Below, one piece after another: positions 19,065 to 29,203 of a DNA stretch of 43,041 nt; within the stretch, counting starts at the first letter, position 1; the number at the start of each line of letters is the position of its first letter. Under the pieces are notes generated by a model, which was given only the letters and a program-made list of their open reading frames with translations, made no database searches and was not told the origin of the DNA. Position numbers and translations under genes: made by a program. Location of the stretch: the NCBI GenBank assembly GCA_949296295.1, contig CASFOM010000103.1:1-43041 (forward strand), given 5' to 3'. Origin of the DNA: an uncultured Alistipes sp. Its GTDB lineage: Bacteria > Bacteroidota > Bacteroidia > Bacteroidales > Rikenellaceae.

Positions 19065-19074
19065 CAATCGATTG
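19065..19074. promoter_or_regulatory. candidate LacI-family operator (perfect CG-centred palindrome)
   Basis: CAATCGATTG is a perfect 10-bp palindrome with a central CG. It lies 3 nt downstream of the -7 box, at the predicted transcription start, and upstream of the regulator's own gene. Confidence 0.35.
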
Positions 19075-19094
19075 CGTAAAGCTGTATGTAATTT

Positions 19095-20123
19095 ATGATC
19101 TCGAAAAAAAAGAAAGTTTCAATATACGATATTGCTCAACGATTAGGAGTATCGGCCTCTACTGTTTCTCGTGCCCTGCAAGATCATCATTCTATTGGTG
19201 CCGAGATGAAACAATTGGTACGGAAAACGGCAGAAGAAATGGATTATAAACCCAATCGGGTAGCGTTGAGCCTGAAATTGGGGAAAAATAATGCCATAGG
19301 AGTATTGGTCCCTCATATCAACCGAAATTTTTTCTCTTCGGTGATTGAAGGAATCCAACAAACCGCTGCTGAAAAAGGATATGATGTGTTGATTTGTCAA
19401 TCGAATGAGTCGTATTCTCGGGAATGTCAGCTCCTGAGTGCTTTGTCTCAAGGGAAAGTGGATGGAGTGATTGCTTCCATTGCTGCCGGAACTCAGGATG
19501 TCGCTCATTTCAACCGTTTGGAACAGTATGGAATTCCATTGGTCTTGTTTGACCGTGTCTCTCCGGAAATTCCTGCTGCTATGAAAGTGGTGGTGAATGA
19601 TTATCGGGGGGCTTATCAGGTGGTAGAACATCTTTATAATCAAGGTTGTCGCAGAATATTTCATTATGCCGGACCCCAGCACGTGAGCGTCTGGAAACAT
19701 CGGTTGGAAGGGTATTGCGATGCCATGAAAGATTTGGGACTGAAAACAGGTCGGGAATCCATTGTATATGGGGAAGATATGGTTCGGGAAGAGGGAGAAC
19801 GACTGATTCGGGAGGTGATGAGGATGAAAAGAAAACCGGATGCGATATTTTTTACCAGTGACTTTGTGGCTTTGGGCGCTTTGGTTGAAATGAAAAAACA
19901 AGGACTTTCCGCTCCCGATGATATTGCTGTGGTGGGTTTTGCCAATGAACCTTTTGATGAATGGATTACCCCTTCTCTGACTTCTGTGGAACAATACAGT
20001 TGCCGGATGGGAGAGTTGGTGGCAAAGATGTTAATAGATAAAATTGATGGGGAAACTCCCGGAGATATTGTTATTGAACCACAGTTGATTGTACGCGAAT
20101 CATCCCGAAAAAATAAAGAATGA
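19095..20123 (+). CDS. LacI-family transcriptional regulator
   Basis: 342 aa. The N-terminal HTH 'VSIYDIAQRLGVSASTVSRAL' is followed by a periplasmic-binding-protein-like sugar-binding core. Confidence 0.9.
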   Translation: MISKKKKVSIYDIAQRLGVSASTVSRALQDHHSIGAEMKQLVRKTAEEMDYKPNRVALSLKLGKNNAIGVLVPHINRNFFSSVIEGIQQTAAEKGYDVLICQSNESYSRECQLLSALSQGKVDGVIASIAAGTQDVAHFNRLEQYGIPLVLFDRVSPEIPAAMKVVVNDYRGAYQVVEHLYNQGCRRIFHYAGPQHVSVWKHRLEGYCDAMKDLGLKTGRESIVYGEDMVREEGERLIREVMRMKRKPDAIFFTSDFVALGALVEMKKQGLSAPDDIAVVGFANEPFDEWITPSLTSVEQYSCRMGELVAKMLIDKIDGETPGDIVIEPQLIVRESSRKNKE

Positions 20124-20150
20124 TTATAGAAACATTTAAAATATACGGAT

Positions 20151-20993
20151 ATGAAAACGAATTATGAAGTGAGGTATGCCTCACATCCCGTGGATGCCAA
20201 ACAATATGATACGGCTCGGTTGCGTCATGAATTTTTGATTGAGCATTTGATGGTTCCCGATGAGGTGAATATGGTTTATACCATGTATGATCGTTTGATT
20301 GTCGGAGGTGCTGTTCCTGTCGCTGAAAAATTGGAATTGGAAGCGATTGATCCTTTGAAAGCTCCTTATTTTCTGCATCGTCGCGAGTTGGGAATAATCA
20401 ATGTAGGTGGCCCCGGTATTGTAGAAGTAGAGGGAACGGTTTATGAATTGGATTATAAGGAAGCCCTTTATATCGGTAAAGGAGATCGGAAAGTGTTTTT
20501 CAGCAGTAAGAATCCTGCTTCTCCCGCTCATTTCTATTTTAATTCCGCCCCTGCTCATGCAACTTTCCCCGATCGTAAGGTGACGAAAAAGGATGCAGTA
20601 GTGGTGGAAATGGGAAGTTTGGAAGAAAGTAATCATCGTGTTATCAATAAATTAATTGTTACCCAGGTTTTGGATACCTGTCAATTGCAGATGGGAATGA
20701 CCGAATTGAAACCGGGTAGCGTATGGAATACCATGCCGGCTCATACTCACGATCGGCGTATGGAAGCGTATTTTTATTTTGAAGTGCCTGAAAATCAGGC
20801 AGTATGTCACTTTATGGGAGAAACCGATGAGACACGTCATATATGGATGAAGAACGAACAGGCCGTAATTTCCCCTGTTTGGTCCATTCATTCTGCCAGC
20901 GCTACCAGCAATTATACCTTTATCTGGGGAATGGCGGGAGAAAATCTGGACTATGGTGATATGGATACCTGTTTGCCTACGGACTTAAAATAA
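20151..20993 (+). CDS. kduI: 5-dehydro-4-deoxy-D-glucuronate isomerase
   Basis: 280 aa with KduI-typical length and N-terminus ('...[13 protein letters not shown]'), plus the cupin His/Glu region '[16 protein letters not shown]'. Confidence 0.9.
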   Translation: MKTNYEVRYASHPVDAKQYDTARLRHEFLIEHLMVPDEVNMVYTMYDRLIVGGAVPVAEKLELEAIDPLKAPYFLHRRELGIINVGGPGIVEVEGTVYELDYKEALYIGKGDRKVFFSSKNPASPAHFYFNSAPAHATFPDRKVTKKDAVVVEMGSLEESNHRVINKLIVTQVLDTCQLQMGMTELKPGSVWNTMPAHTHDRRMEAYFYFEVPENQAVCHFMGETDETRHIWMKNEQAVISPVWSIHSASATSNYTFIWGMAGENLDYGDMDTCLPTDLK

Positions 20994-21026
20994 AGATGAA
21001 GTAAAAACTTTTAAATACATAAAATC

Positions 21027-21821
21027 ATGAAAGCATTGGAATTATTCGATCTGACCGGAAAAACGGCTTTGGTGACCGGCGGAACACATGGTTTGGGAAT
21101 GGCTATCGCTACTGCTTTGGCTCAGGCTGGGGCTAAATTGGTGATTAATGACGTTTCTGAAGAAAAATTGAAAAATGCTGTTGCAGAATATGCTGCTAAT
21201 GGGATTACTGCTCATGGATATATTTTCGATGTGACCGATGAGGCTGCTGTGGAAAAACATATTGCTCTGATTGAGAAAGAAGTTGCTCCTATCGATATTT
21301 TGGTAAATAATGCCGGAATCATAAAACGGATTCCCGCTATGGAAATGTCTGTGGCCGATTGGCAACAGGTCATTAATATCGATTTGACAGGTCCTTTTAT
21401 TATGTCAAAGGCCGTAGCCAAAGGAATGAAGGAACGCGGATACGGGAAAATTATCAATATGTGCTCGATGATGAGTGAAGTGGGACGGGATACTGTCAGT
21501 GCTTATGCCGCTGCAAAAGGAGGATTGAAAATGCTGACTAAAAACCTGGCTACGGAGTGGGCGCGTTATAATATTCAGGTGAATGCCATTGGCCCCGGAT
21601 ATTTCGCTACCGCTCAAACGGCTCCTATTCGGTATGAAGGGCATCCGTTTAATGATTTTATTATCAAACGGACTCCTGCTATGCGTTGGGGACAACCGGA
21701 GGATTTGGCCGGTACTGCTGTTTATCTCGCTTCTCATGCTTCTGATTTTGTCAGCGGACATGTCGTATATGTTGATGGAGGTATTTTAGCCGCTTTGGGG
21801 AAAGCTTCCAATGAAGAATAA
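21027..21821 (+). CDS. kduD: 2-dehydro-3-deoxy-D-gluconate 5-dehydrogenase / gluconate 5-dehydrogenase-type SDR
   Basis: 264-aa classical SDR with 'TGGTHGLG' (cofactor), 'NNAG' and 'SAYAAAKGG' (YxxxK). It lies immediately after kduI. Confidence 0.8.
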   Translation: MKALELFDLTGKTALVTGGTHGLGMAIATALAQAGAKLVINDVSEEKLKNAVAEYAANGITAHGYIFDVTDEAAVEKHIALIEKEVAPIDILVNNAGIIKRIPAMEMSVADWQQVINIDLTGPFIMSKAVAKGMKERGYGKIINMCSMMSEVGRDTVSAYAAAKGGLKMLTKNLATEWARYNIQVNAIGPGYFATAQTAPIRYEGHPFNDFIIKRTPAMRWGQPEDLAGTAVYLASHASDFVSGHVVYVDGGILAALGKASNEE

Positions 21822-21843
21822 TAATGAGTCGGGGAATAATAAA

Positions 21844-22884
21844 ATGAAAAGAGTAGTTACTTTCGGGGAAATCATGTTGCGTTTGGCAACCCCTGGATAT
21901 CTGCGTTTTTCGCAGGCTAAGGAATTTACCGCTACATTCGGCGGTGGAGAGGCTAACGTAGCGGTTTCGTTGGCGAACTATGGCATTCCTGTCGAATTCG
22001 TTTCCCGTATGCCCCAAAATGATATCGCCAAGTCCTGTATTATGGAGTTGCGTAAATATGGGGTAGGGACTTCAAATATGGTCTATGGCGGGGACCGATT
22101 AGGTATCTATTTTCTGGAAACAGGTGCTGTCGCTCGTGCCAGCAAGGTCGTTTATGACCGGGCTCATTCTGCAATAGCAGAAATTAAACCCGGGATGATT
22201 GACTGGGAAACGGTTTTTCAAGGGGCCGGTTGGTTCCATTGGACAGGAATTACCCCTGCTCTTTCTCAGGGTGCAGCAGATGCTTGTCTGGAAGCCATAC
22301 AGGTAGCTAATAAAATGGGGGTAACCGTATCCTGTGACCTGAACTATCGGAAAAATCTTTGGAAATATGGGAAACAGGCTTCCGAAATAATGCCTCTTCT
22401 GGTAGAGGGATGTGATATTATTCTCGGAAATGAGGAGGATGCTGAAAAAGTATTCGGTATTAAACCGGAAAACTTTGATGTGACAGCTACCGCCGGACAG
22501 GTGAATGCCGGAGAGTTTCAATCCGTATGTACTCAACTGATGACCCGGTTCCCGCGTGCTCGCAAGGTAATCATTACACTTCGCGGTTCCATCAATGCCA
22601 ATCACAATACATGGGGTGGGGTGTTGTTTGATGGGAAACAGCTCTATGAGTCTCCTCGATATGACATTACTCATATTGTTGATCGTGTCGGTGGCGGGGA
22701 TTCTTTTATGGGCGGCTTGATTTATGGCTTGTTGTCCTTCCCGGAAGATGATCAAAAGGCGTTGAATTTTGCTGTGGCTGCCTCTTGCTTGAAACATACG
22801 GTTTACGGTGATTTTAATTTGGTAACCGTAGATGAGGTGGAAAAATTGATGTCAGGAGATGCTTCCGGACGTGTCTCTCGATAA
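21844..22884 (+). CDS. kdgK: 2-dehydro-3-deoxygluconokinase (PfkB family)
   Basis: The start is trimmed to MKRVVTFGEIMLRL at 21844. PfkB signatures 'GGGEANVAVSLA' and 'DRVGGGDSFMGGLIYG' are present. Confidence 0.85.
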   Translation: MKRVVTFGEIMLRLATPGYLRFSQAKEFTATFGGGEANVAVSLANYGIPVEFVSRMPQNDIAKSCIMELRKYGVGTSNMVYGGDRLGIYFLETGAVARASKVVYDRAHSAIAEIKPGMIDWETVFQGAGWFHWTGITPALSQGAADACLEAIQVANKMGVTVSCDLNYRKNLWKYGKQASEIMPLLVEGCDIILGNEEDAEKVFGIKPENFDVTATAGQVNAGEFQSVCTQLMTRFPRARKVIITLRGSINANHNTWGGVLFDGKQLYESPRYDITHIVDRVGGGDSFMGGLIYGLLSFPEDDQKALNFAVAASCLKHTVYGDFNLVTVDEVEKLMSGDASGRVSR

Positions 22885-22915
22885 GATAAGCATCTTTTTA
22901 GAAAAAAGCTTCAAA

Positions 22916-22963
22916 TTCTGTACTGAATGTATCGAAATGCGATTCGATGTATTCGGTACAGAA
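22916..22963 (+). other. 21-bp RNA hairpin in the kdgK-uxuB spacer (terminator without U-tract, or processing/stability element)
   Basis: TTCTGTACTGAATGTATCGAA (22916-22936) pairs with TTCGATGTATTCGGTACAGAA (22943-22963): 18 Watson-Crick and 3 G-U pairs, with a 6-nt loop. The G-U pairs would be A-C mismatches in an antisense transcript. Confidence 0.55.
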
Positions 22964-23018
22964 TAATTAAGATAAAAATTGAAAAACAGGTGCGTAAGTA
23001 CCATAAATAGAAAATATT

Positions 23019-23825
23019 ATGTTTGATTTACAAGGAAGAATTGCCGTAATTACCGGCGGATGTGGTGTATTGGGAACATCAATGGCAAAATGTTTGGCAA
23101 AGATGGGTGTGAAAATCGCCATCCTTGACTTAAACGAAGCAGTAGGTGCTCAACGGGTAGCTGATTTGGAAGCGTTGGGAACAGAAGCGGCCTACTATAA
23201 GGTAAATGTATTGGAAAAAGAGTCTCTGGAAGCTGCTAAAGAGGCCATCGTAGCTCGGTGGGGACGTGTCGATATATTGATTAATGCTGCCGGAGGAAAT
23301 ATGGCGGGAGCAACGATTGGTCCTGATCAAACCATTTTTGATTTGAATATCGATGCTTTCCGTAAAGTATTTGAATTGAATCTTACGGGAACCGTATTGA
23401 CCTCGCTGGTTTTTGCCCCTCAGATGGTAAAACAGAAGAAAGGTTCCATTATCAATATTTCATCCATGTCGGCTCAGACCATATTGACTCGTGTCGTGGG
23501 ATATTCTGCTGCTAAGGCTGGAATAGACAATTTTACAAAATGGTTGTCGGTGGAATTGGCCAAGAAATTTGGAGAAGGAGTACGTGTAAATGCCATTGCT
23601 CCTGGCTTTTTCCTAACGGAACAAAATCGTACTTTAATGACTAATCCGGACGGTTCTTATACCGAACGGGCGAAAGATGTAATTCGCGAAACGCCGTTTG
23701 GCCGCCTCGGAGAACCCGAAGAGTTGAATGGTGCTATTGTGTTCCTGGCAAGTGACGCTTCCAAATTCGTTACGGGAACAATATTGCCTATCGATGGTGG
23801 ATTCAGTGTGTATAGCGGTGTATAA
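23019..23825 (+). CDS. uxuB: SDR-family oxidoreductase, probable D-mannonate (fructuronate) oxidoreductase
   Basis: 268-aa SDR with 'TGGCGVLG', 'NAAGGN' and 'VGYSAAKAG'. The functional call rests on its position immediately upstream of uxuA-uxaC. Confidence 0.6.
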   Translation: MFDLQGRIAVITGGCGVLGTSMAKCLAKMGVKIAILDLNEAVGAQRVADLEALGTEAAYYKVNVLEKESLEAAKEAIVARWGRVDILINAAGGNMAGATIGPDQTIFDLNIDAFRKVFELNLTGTVLTSLVFAPQMVKQKKGSIINISSMSAQTILTRVVGYSAAKAGIDNFTKWLSVELAKKFGEGVRVNAIAPGFFLTEQNRTLMTNPDGSYTERAKDVIRETPFGRLGEPEELNGAIVFLASDASKFVTGTILPIDGGFSVYSGV

Positions 23826-23849
23826 TGCAGCATAAAGAAAGGATATTGT

Positions 23850-25031
23850 ATGGCAAGATATAAATTCGAGCAGACTTTTCGTTGGTACGGACCCAACGAT
23901 GTCGTCTCTTTGGCCGATATTAGACAGGCAGGAGCTACCGGAGTGGTGAATGCTTTGCACCATATTGCTCCCGGAGAGGTCTGGACGGTGGAAGAAATCA
24001 ACAAACGAAAAGCCATGATTGAAGCGGCCGGATTGACCTGGTCCGTAGTGGAAAGTTTACCCGTAAGCGAACAAATCAAAACACAGGCTCCCGGATATCT
24101 CCAACATATTGAAAATTATAAACAGAGTATTCGGAATTTGGCTGCTTGCGGTATTTATGTGATTACCTATAATTTCATGCCTGTTCTTGACTGGACACGT
24201 ACTTCCGTAGTATATGAATTGGAAGACGGTTCAAAAGCATTGCGTTTTGAACGGGCTGCCTTTGTCGCTTTTGACCTGTTTATCCTGAAACGTGAAAATG
24301 CCGAACAGGATTATACGCCTGAAGAAGTGGAACGGGCTAAAGCACGTTATGCTCAAATGAGTGAAACGGATAAAAAAGTCCTTCTGGACAGTATTCTGAT
24401 GGGATTGCCCGGAGCTGATGAAAGTTTTACCGAACGTGAAATCAATGAGGGATTGGCTCTGTATAAAAATATCAGTGAAGAACAGTTGCGCTCCAATCTG
24501 ATTGATTTCTTGAAAGCCGTAACTCCTGTTGCTGATGAATGTGGAGCAAAGTTGGCGATTCATCCCGACGATCCCCCCTATAAACTGTTGGGCTTACCCC
24601 GTATATTGAGTACGGCTGACGATTTTAAAAAATTAATAGCTGCTGTGCCTAATCGTTCAAATGGACTCTGTTTCTGTACAGGTTCGTTCAGTGTTCGGGC
24701 GGATAATAATTTGCCGGTTATGGCAAAAGAGTTTGGGGACCGGATTAATTTCGTCCATTTGAGAAGTACCCAACGAGATACTCAGGGAAATTTTTATGAA
24801 GCCAATCATTTGGAGGGAAGTATTGATATGTATGCCATCATGAAAAATCTGATTGAAGTGATGAATACCAATAAGGTTTCCTTCCCGATGCGTCCCGATC
24901 ATGGACATCAGATGCTTGATGACTTGAAGAAAAAGACCTATCCGGGATATTCGGCAATAGGTCGAGTGAAGGGACTTGCGGAATTGAGAGGTTTGGAATT
25001 GGGTATCGGACGTACTTTGTATGGTGAATAA
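23850..25031 (+). CDS. uxuA: mannonate dehydratase
   Basis: 393 aa with the characteristic N-terminus '[27 protein letters not shown]' and 'HPDDPP'. Confidence 0.9.
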   Translation: MARYKFEQTFRWYGPNDVVSLADIRQAGATGVVNALHHIAPGEVWTVEEINKRKAMIEAAGLTWSVVESLPVSEQIKTQAPGYLQHIENYKQSIRNLAACGIYVITYNFMPVLDWTRTSVVYELEDGSKALRFERAAFVAFDLFILKRENAEQDYTPEEVERAKARYAQMSETDKKVLLDSILMGLPGADESFTEREINEGLALYKNISEEQLRSNLIDFLKAVTPVADECGAKLAIHPDDPPYKLLGLPRILSTADDFKKLIAAVPNRSNGLCFCTGSFSVRADNNLPVMAKEFGDRINFVHLRSTQRDTQGNFYEANHLEGSIDMYAIMKNLIEVMNTNKVSFPMRPDHGHQMLDDLKKKTYPGYSAIGRVKGLAELRGLELGIGRTLYGE

Positions 25032-25049
25032 CTCTTAAAATCGGAAGTT

Positions 25050-26444
25050 ATGAGTTACATTAATGATGATTTCCTGTTGGGAAATGACGTGGCAAAGGAA
25101 CTTTATGATGGGCATGCTGCCATGATGCCCATCATAGATTATCATAACCATCTCAATCCACGCTGGATTTTTGAGGATTACCGATTCCCTTCCATTACCG
25201 AGGTATGGTTGGGTGGTGACCATTATAAATGGAGGGCTTTACGAGCTAATGGAGTGGATGAACGGTATATTACCGGAGAAGCTGATGATTGGGATAAATT
25301 TTTAGCCTGGGCCCGGACAGTCCCTTATACGATGCGTAACCCGTTGTATCATTGGACGCATTTGGAACTGAAACGTTATTTTGGCATAGATGAGCTGTTG
25401 AATGAAAATTCCGCAGCAGAAATTTATGAACATTGCAACAAACTGTTGGCCCGACCGGAATATTCCGTACGTAACCTGTTACGGATGATGAATGTGGAAC
25501 GTCTTTGTACGACGGATGATCCTGTCGATACACTCGAATATCACAAACGGTTGAGAGAGGAGAAATTCGATATAGAGGTCTTGCCTACCTGGCGTCCCGA
25601 TAAGGTAATGAATGTTGAGTCGGGAGAGGAGTATCAAAAATATATCCAACAGTTGTCTCAGGCAGCCGATGTCGATATTGTATCATTCAATACCTTGTTG
25701 GACGCGTTGAGAAAAAGACAGGCGTATTTTGCTGAAGCCGGTTGCCGCCTTTCCGATCATGGCTTATCCATATTCCCTTCCGGCGATTTTACGGATAAAG
25801 GATTGGAAGTTGTCTTTGCAAAAGCATTGCATGGAGAAGCTATTACTCCGGGTGAGGCTGACTTGTTCAAATCCGGTATGTTGTATTATCTGGCCGTAAT
25901 GAACCATGAACAGGGATGGACTCAACAGTTCCATTTCGGGGCTATCCGGAATAACTCCAAACGTCTTTTTGACCGCTTGGGGCCTGATATAGGATGTGAT
26001 TCTATTGGTGATGACGGGGTGGCTGCTCAAATGTCAAAACTGTTCTCTCGACTGGATAATGAAGGACAATTGGCAAAAACAATCCTGTATAATCTGAATC
26101 CTAAGGATAGTGAGGTATTGGTGTCCATGGCCTATAACTTTAACGACGGATCTGTCCCCGGAAAAATGCAGTACGGGGCTGCCTGGTGGTTCCTCGATCA
26201 AATGGACGGTATGGTAAAGCAGTTGAATGTTTTGTCCAGTTTTGGCCTTCTAAGCCGATTTGTAGGGATGCTGACCGATTCACGAAGTTTCCTCTCTTAT
26301 CCGAGACATGAATATTTCCGTCGAATTCTTTGTAATTTGTTGGGAGAGGATGTGGAAAAAGGATTTTTGCCTGCTTCGGAAATTCCTTTTATAGGTCAAA
26401 TGGTGGAGGATATCTGTTATAATAATGCAAAAAATTATTTCTAA
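25050..26444 (+). CDS. uxaC: glucuronate isomerase
   Basis: 464 aa with 'FLLGNDVAKELY', 'MPIIDYHNHL', 'GDHYKWRALRANG' and 'AWWFLDQ'. Confidence 0.9.
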   Translation: MSYINDDFLLGNDVAKELYDGHAAMMPIIDYHNHLNPRWIFEDYRFPSITEVWLGGDHYKWRALRANGVDERYITGEADDWDKFLAWARTVPYTMRNPLYHWTHLELKRYFGIDELLNENSAAEIYEHCNKLLARPEYSVRNLLRMMNVERLCTTDDPVDTLEYHKRLREEKFDIEVLPTWRPDKVMNVESGEEYQKYIQQLSQAADVDIVSFNTLLDALRKRQAYFAEAGCRLSDHGLSIFPSGDFTDKGLEVVFAKALHGEAITPGEADLFKSGMLYYLAVMNHEQGWTQQFHFGAIRNNSKRLFDRLGPDIGCDSIGDDGVAAQMSKLFSRLDNEGQLAKTILYNLNPKDSEVLVSMAYNFNDGSVPGKMQYGAAWWFLDQMDGMVKQLNVLSSFGLLSRFVGMLTDSRSFLSYPRHEYFRRILCNLLGEDVEKGFLPASEIPFIGQMVEDICYNNAKNYF

Positions 26445-26470
26445 CCATTTTTAGCAAATAGAATTGGAGA

Positions 26471-26549
26471 AATTTTCAAAATCGTTTTATCTGTTCGTAA
26501 GAGATAGTAATTATCAGATAAAACGAACGGATAAAACGGTTTGAAAATT
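26471..26549 (+). terminator. composite inverted repeat downstream of uxaC (probable terminator with two alternative 3' arms)
   Basis: CGTTTTATCTG (26483-26493) is perfectly complementary to CAGATAAAACG (26515-26525). A second GATAAAACG copy (26530-26538) and its flank GTTTGAAAATT are complementary to AATTTTCAAAATCGTTTTATC (26471-26491) apart from one indel. Confidence 0.5.
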
Positions 26550-26925
26550 CTGTCTCTAAGAAAATCAGTTGTTGAGATAATCGTAAAGAATTATCTGCCA
26601 TTTTTATTAATAATAGGGAGCAAAATTCGACCGCTTGAGCTTTTGGAAGAATGTTGGAAAGAAGAGAGGAAATTTTGTGTGAAAATAAGAAGATATACGT
26701 ACATGTACGAAATCAATAAAACATGCTTTTGACCTGTTATTTAAAGATTACAATAACATGAATAGAACCCATATTAAAAAAGTTAGTTTCTCCTGATTCC
26801 GTTTCATTGAAGGAGTAGCGAGTAAAAGTTTGAAAAGTATTGGGGGTAAAGTCTCGTTTAATCTTTTGATGGAATACATAGTTAAATATTTGTTAATTAC
26901 GTGTTTGTAAAGTCGTTTAAATGGA

Positions 26926-28806
26926 ATGAAAATGAAAGGTTTAATGAGAATTATTTTTACCGTCGTGGGGGTGTTGTTGATTTGTAGTTATTCTGCAAGG
27001 GCAGCGGGAACGGTAGAAAAAGAGTTTGTAAACAGTTCTGTAAAACTCCCGGAACATCCCAGACTTTTGCTTTTAAAAGGGGAAGAAAAAAAATTGAAGA
27101 AACAGATTGCCAAAGATTCTGTTTGGACAAAAATACATGGTATTTTGTTGAATGAAGCTGATCGCTATTTGACATTGCCTGTTAATGAAAGAATTAAGGT
27201 AGGACGAAGATTGCTGGATGTTTCCAGAGATAATTTGAAACGCATATTTATTCTTAGTTATGCGTATCGTATGACCAAAGACAAGAAATATGCTGTACGG
27301 GCACAAGAGGAGATGTTAAAAGCCGCGTCTTTTGAGGATTGGAATCCAAGCCATTTCTTGGATGTCGGAGAGATGACAATGGCTTTGGCTATTGGTTATG
27401 ACTGGTTGTACTCTTTCCTGGATTCGGAAACAAGAAACAAGATAGAAAAGGCGATTACGGAACAGGGGTTGAAGCAATCTTTTGATGAAGCCTATAATTG
27501 GTTTATTGATGCAGGGCATAATTGGAATCAGGTCTGCCATGCCGGAATGGCTTATGGAGCATTGGCTATTTGGGAGAAAGATGCTGATTTCGCTTCCAAA
27601 ATAGTTAATCGGGCCATAGATAAAATATCAATCCCTATGAAACATTATGGTCCCGATGGGGCATATCCTGAAGGGGTAGGTTATTGGGATTACGGAACCT
27701 CTTTCAATGTAATGTTTCTTAGTGCGATAGAGAAAATATTTGGTACCGATTACGGTTTGTCCGAAATGCCCGGATTTTTAAAAACAGGAGAATATCTTTT
27801 ACATGCAGTGACCCCTGGATTACGTAATTTCTCTTATTCTGATAATGGTTCCCGTGCAGGAATTTATGCTACTCTATTTTGGTTCTATGATAAAACGAAA
27901 AATCCTGCCATATTATATAATCAAGCACTTTTGTATCAAAAAGAGGGGTTGAGATCCATTGAACGGTTGGCACCTGCCATGTTGATATGGGGCGCTTCCG
28001 CTTCTTTGGGGGTACCTGTAAAACCAACTGAAGTTTTTTGGAAAGCAGGAGGTGACAATCCGGTTTGTTTTATGCGCTCCGGATGGGAAACCAATCAAGA
28101 GACTTATTTGGGAGTTAAGTTGGGTTCGCCGTCAGTGAACCATGGACATATGGATATTGGAAGCTTTATCTTTGAAGCAAATGGAGTGAATTGGGCGATT
28201 GATCTCGGAGCAGATAATTATAATCAACTTGAACAGAAAGGGGTGGATTTATGGAATATGAAACAGGAGTCTCAACGATGGGATGTGTTTCGATACAATA
28301 ATTTTGCTCACAATACTCTTGCCTTTAATGAAAAACGTCAAAATGTGGGAGGAAAGGCCGAGATAGAACGAAGTTCAGATATTCCCGACCATATGTATGT
28401 CGTATCGGATTTAACGCCTGTATATAAGGAGCAGGTTAAGTCTGTAAAACGTTCTTGCTCATTGGTAGATAAAAAATATGGGGTTATTGAAGATGAGATT
28501 GTCTCGAAAAACAGGTTTACTAAGATGACTTGGTCGCTTGTAACTCCTGCTACTGCATCCGTTGTTTCTGACAAAACAATTGTTTTGGAACGAGATGGAA
28601 AAAAATTATATCTCCGGGTAGAAGGTCCTGAAAAGATTAAATGGAATATCCGTCCTGCCGTTTCATCGTTCAGTTATGATTCTCCCAATAAGGGAATTTC
28701 CATTGTCTCTTTCGATACCGATTTAAAACGGGATGCAAAACAAAAAATATATGTATATCTACTGCCGGATGAAGATAAAGAGATTGATTATCAACCGGTA
28801 CTATAA
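26926..28806 (+). CDS. heparinase II/III-family polysaccharide lyase-like protein (secreted)
   Basis: 626 aa with a signal peptide. The N-terminal alpha/alpha-toroid region has 'HPRLLLLKGEEKKLKKQI' and 'HNWNQVCHAGMAYGALAI'. The C-terminal beta-sandwich has 'NHGHMDIGSFIFEANG' and 'FAHNTLAFN', typical of the Heparinase_II_III domain. Confidence 0.7.
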   Translation: MKMKGLMRIIFTVVGVLLICSYSARAAGTVEKEFVNSSVKLPEHPRLLLLKGEEKKLKKQIAKDSVWTKIHGILLNEADRYLTLPVNERIKVGRRLLDVSRDNLKRIFILSYAYRMTKDKKYAVRAQEEMLKAASFEDWNPSHFLDVGEMTMALAIGYDWLYSFLDSETRNKIEKAITEQGLKQSFDEAYNWFIDAGHNWNQVCHAGMAYGALAIWEKDADFASKIVNRAIDKISIPMKHYGPDGAYPEGVGYWDYGTSFNVMFLSAIEKIFGTDYGLSEMPGFLKTGEYLLHAVTPGLRNFSYSDNGSRAGIYATLFWFYDKTKNPAILYNQALLYQKEGLRSIERLAPAMLIWGASASLGVPVKPTEVFWKAGGDNPVCFMRSGWETNQETYLGVKLGSPSVNHGHMDIGSFIFEANGVNWAIDLGADNYNQLEQKGVDLWNMKQESQRWDVFRYNNFAHNTLAFNEKRQNVGGKAEIERSSDIPDHMYVVSDLTPVYKEQVKSVKRSCSLVDKKYGVIEDEIVSKNRFTKMTWSLVTPATASVVSDKTIVLERDGKKLYLRVEGPEKIKWNIRPAVSSFSYDSPNKGISIVSFDTDLKRDAKQKIYVYLLPDEDKEIDYQPVL

Positions 28807-29203
28807 ATCAATCGAAAATAGAATATATTGAAAGTTATCTTTTCTATCCGCTCTTTGGGGGTATGATTATCGGAAGAAAACGAGGATAGGAAGGAATAGA
28901 AACAGACTGTCACAAATATTAATATTGGGAAAGACGATTGCTATTTATCGCCTTAAAGGGGAATTCTGTATTTAAGTGAACAGATTTTATAATCCCTTTT
29001 TGGAAAATGAAAATTATATATGTGATTGATAAACAAGTATGTATGATTTGTTGATAGAACATTGAAAAAGTTAAATAGAATTTGACAGGAAAAAGAACAA
29101 ATACTAGCGGATAGGCTTTACCTGTTAGATTGTTCCCATTCATGATATAGCTTGTTTTAATAAGAAAAATAGATGTTTTATGGATTGATTAAACTTAAAG
29201 GAT

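Noticed and set aside
19143-19994. 283-aa ORF on the minus strand
   Set aside because: It lies entirely antisense to the LacI-family regulator, whose HTH and sugar-binding core are unmistakable. The antisense translation is low-complexity (rich in F/H/S/I) with no recognisable motif. It is a typical shadow ORF.
26541-26732. 63-aa ORF in the uxaC-lyase spacer
   Set aside because: It starts at a non-ATG codon inside the terminator-like inverted repeat, is Lys/Ile-rich, and has no motif or promoter support.
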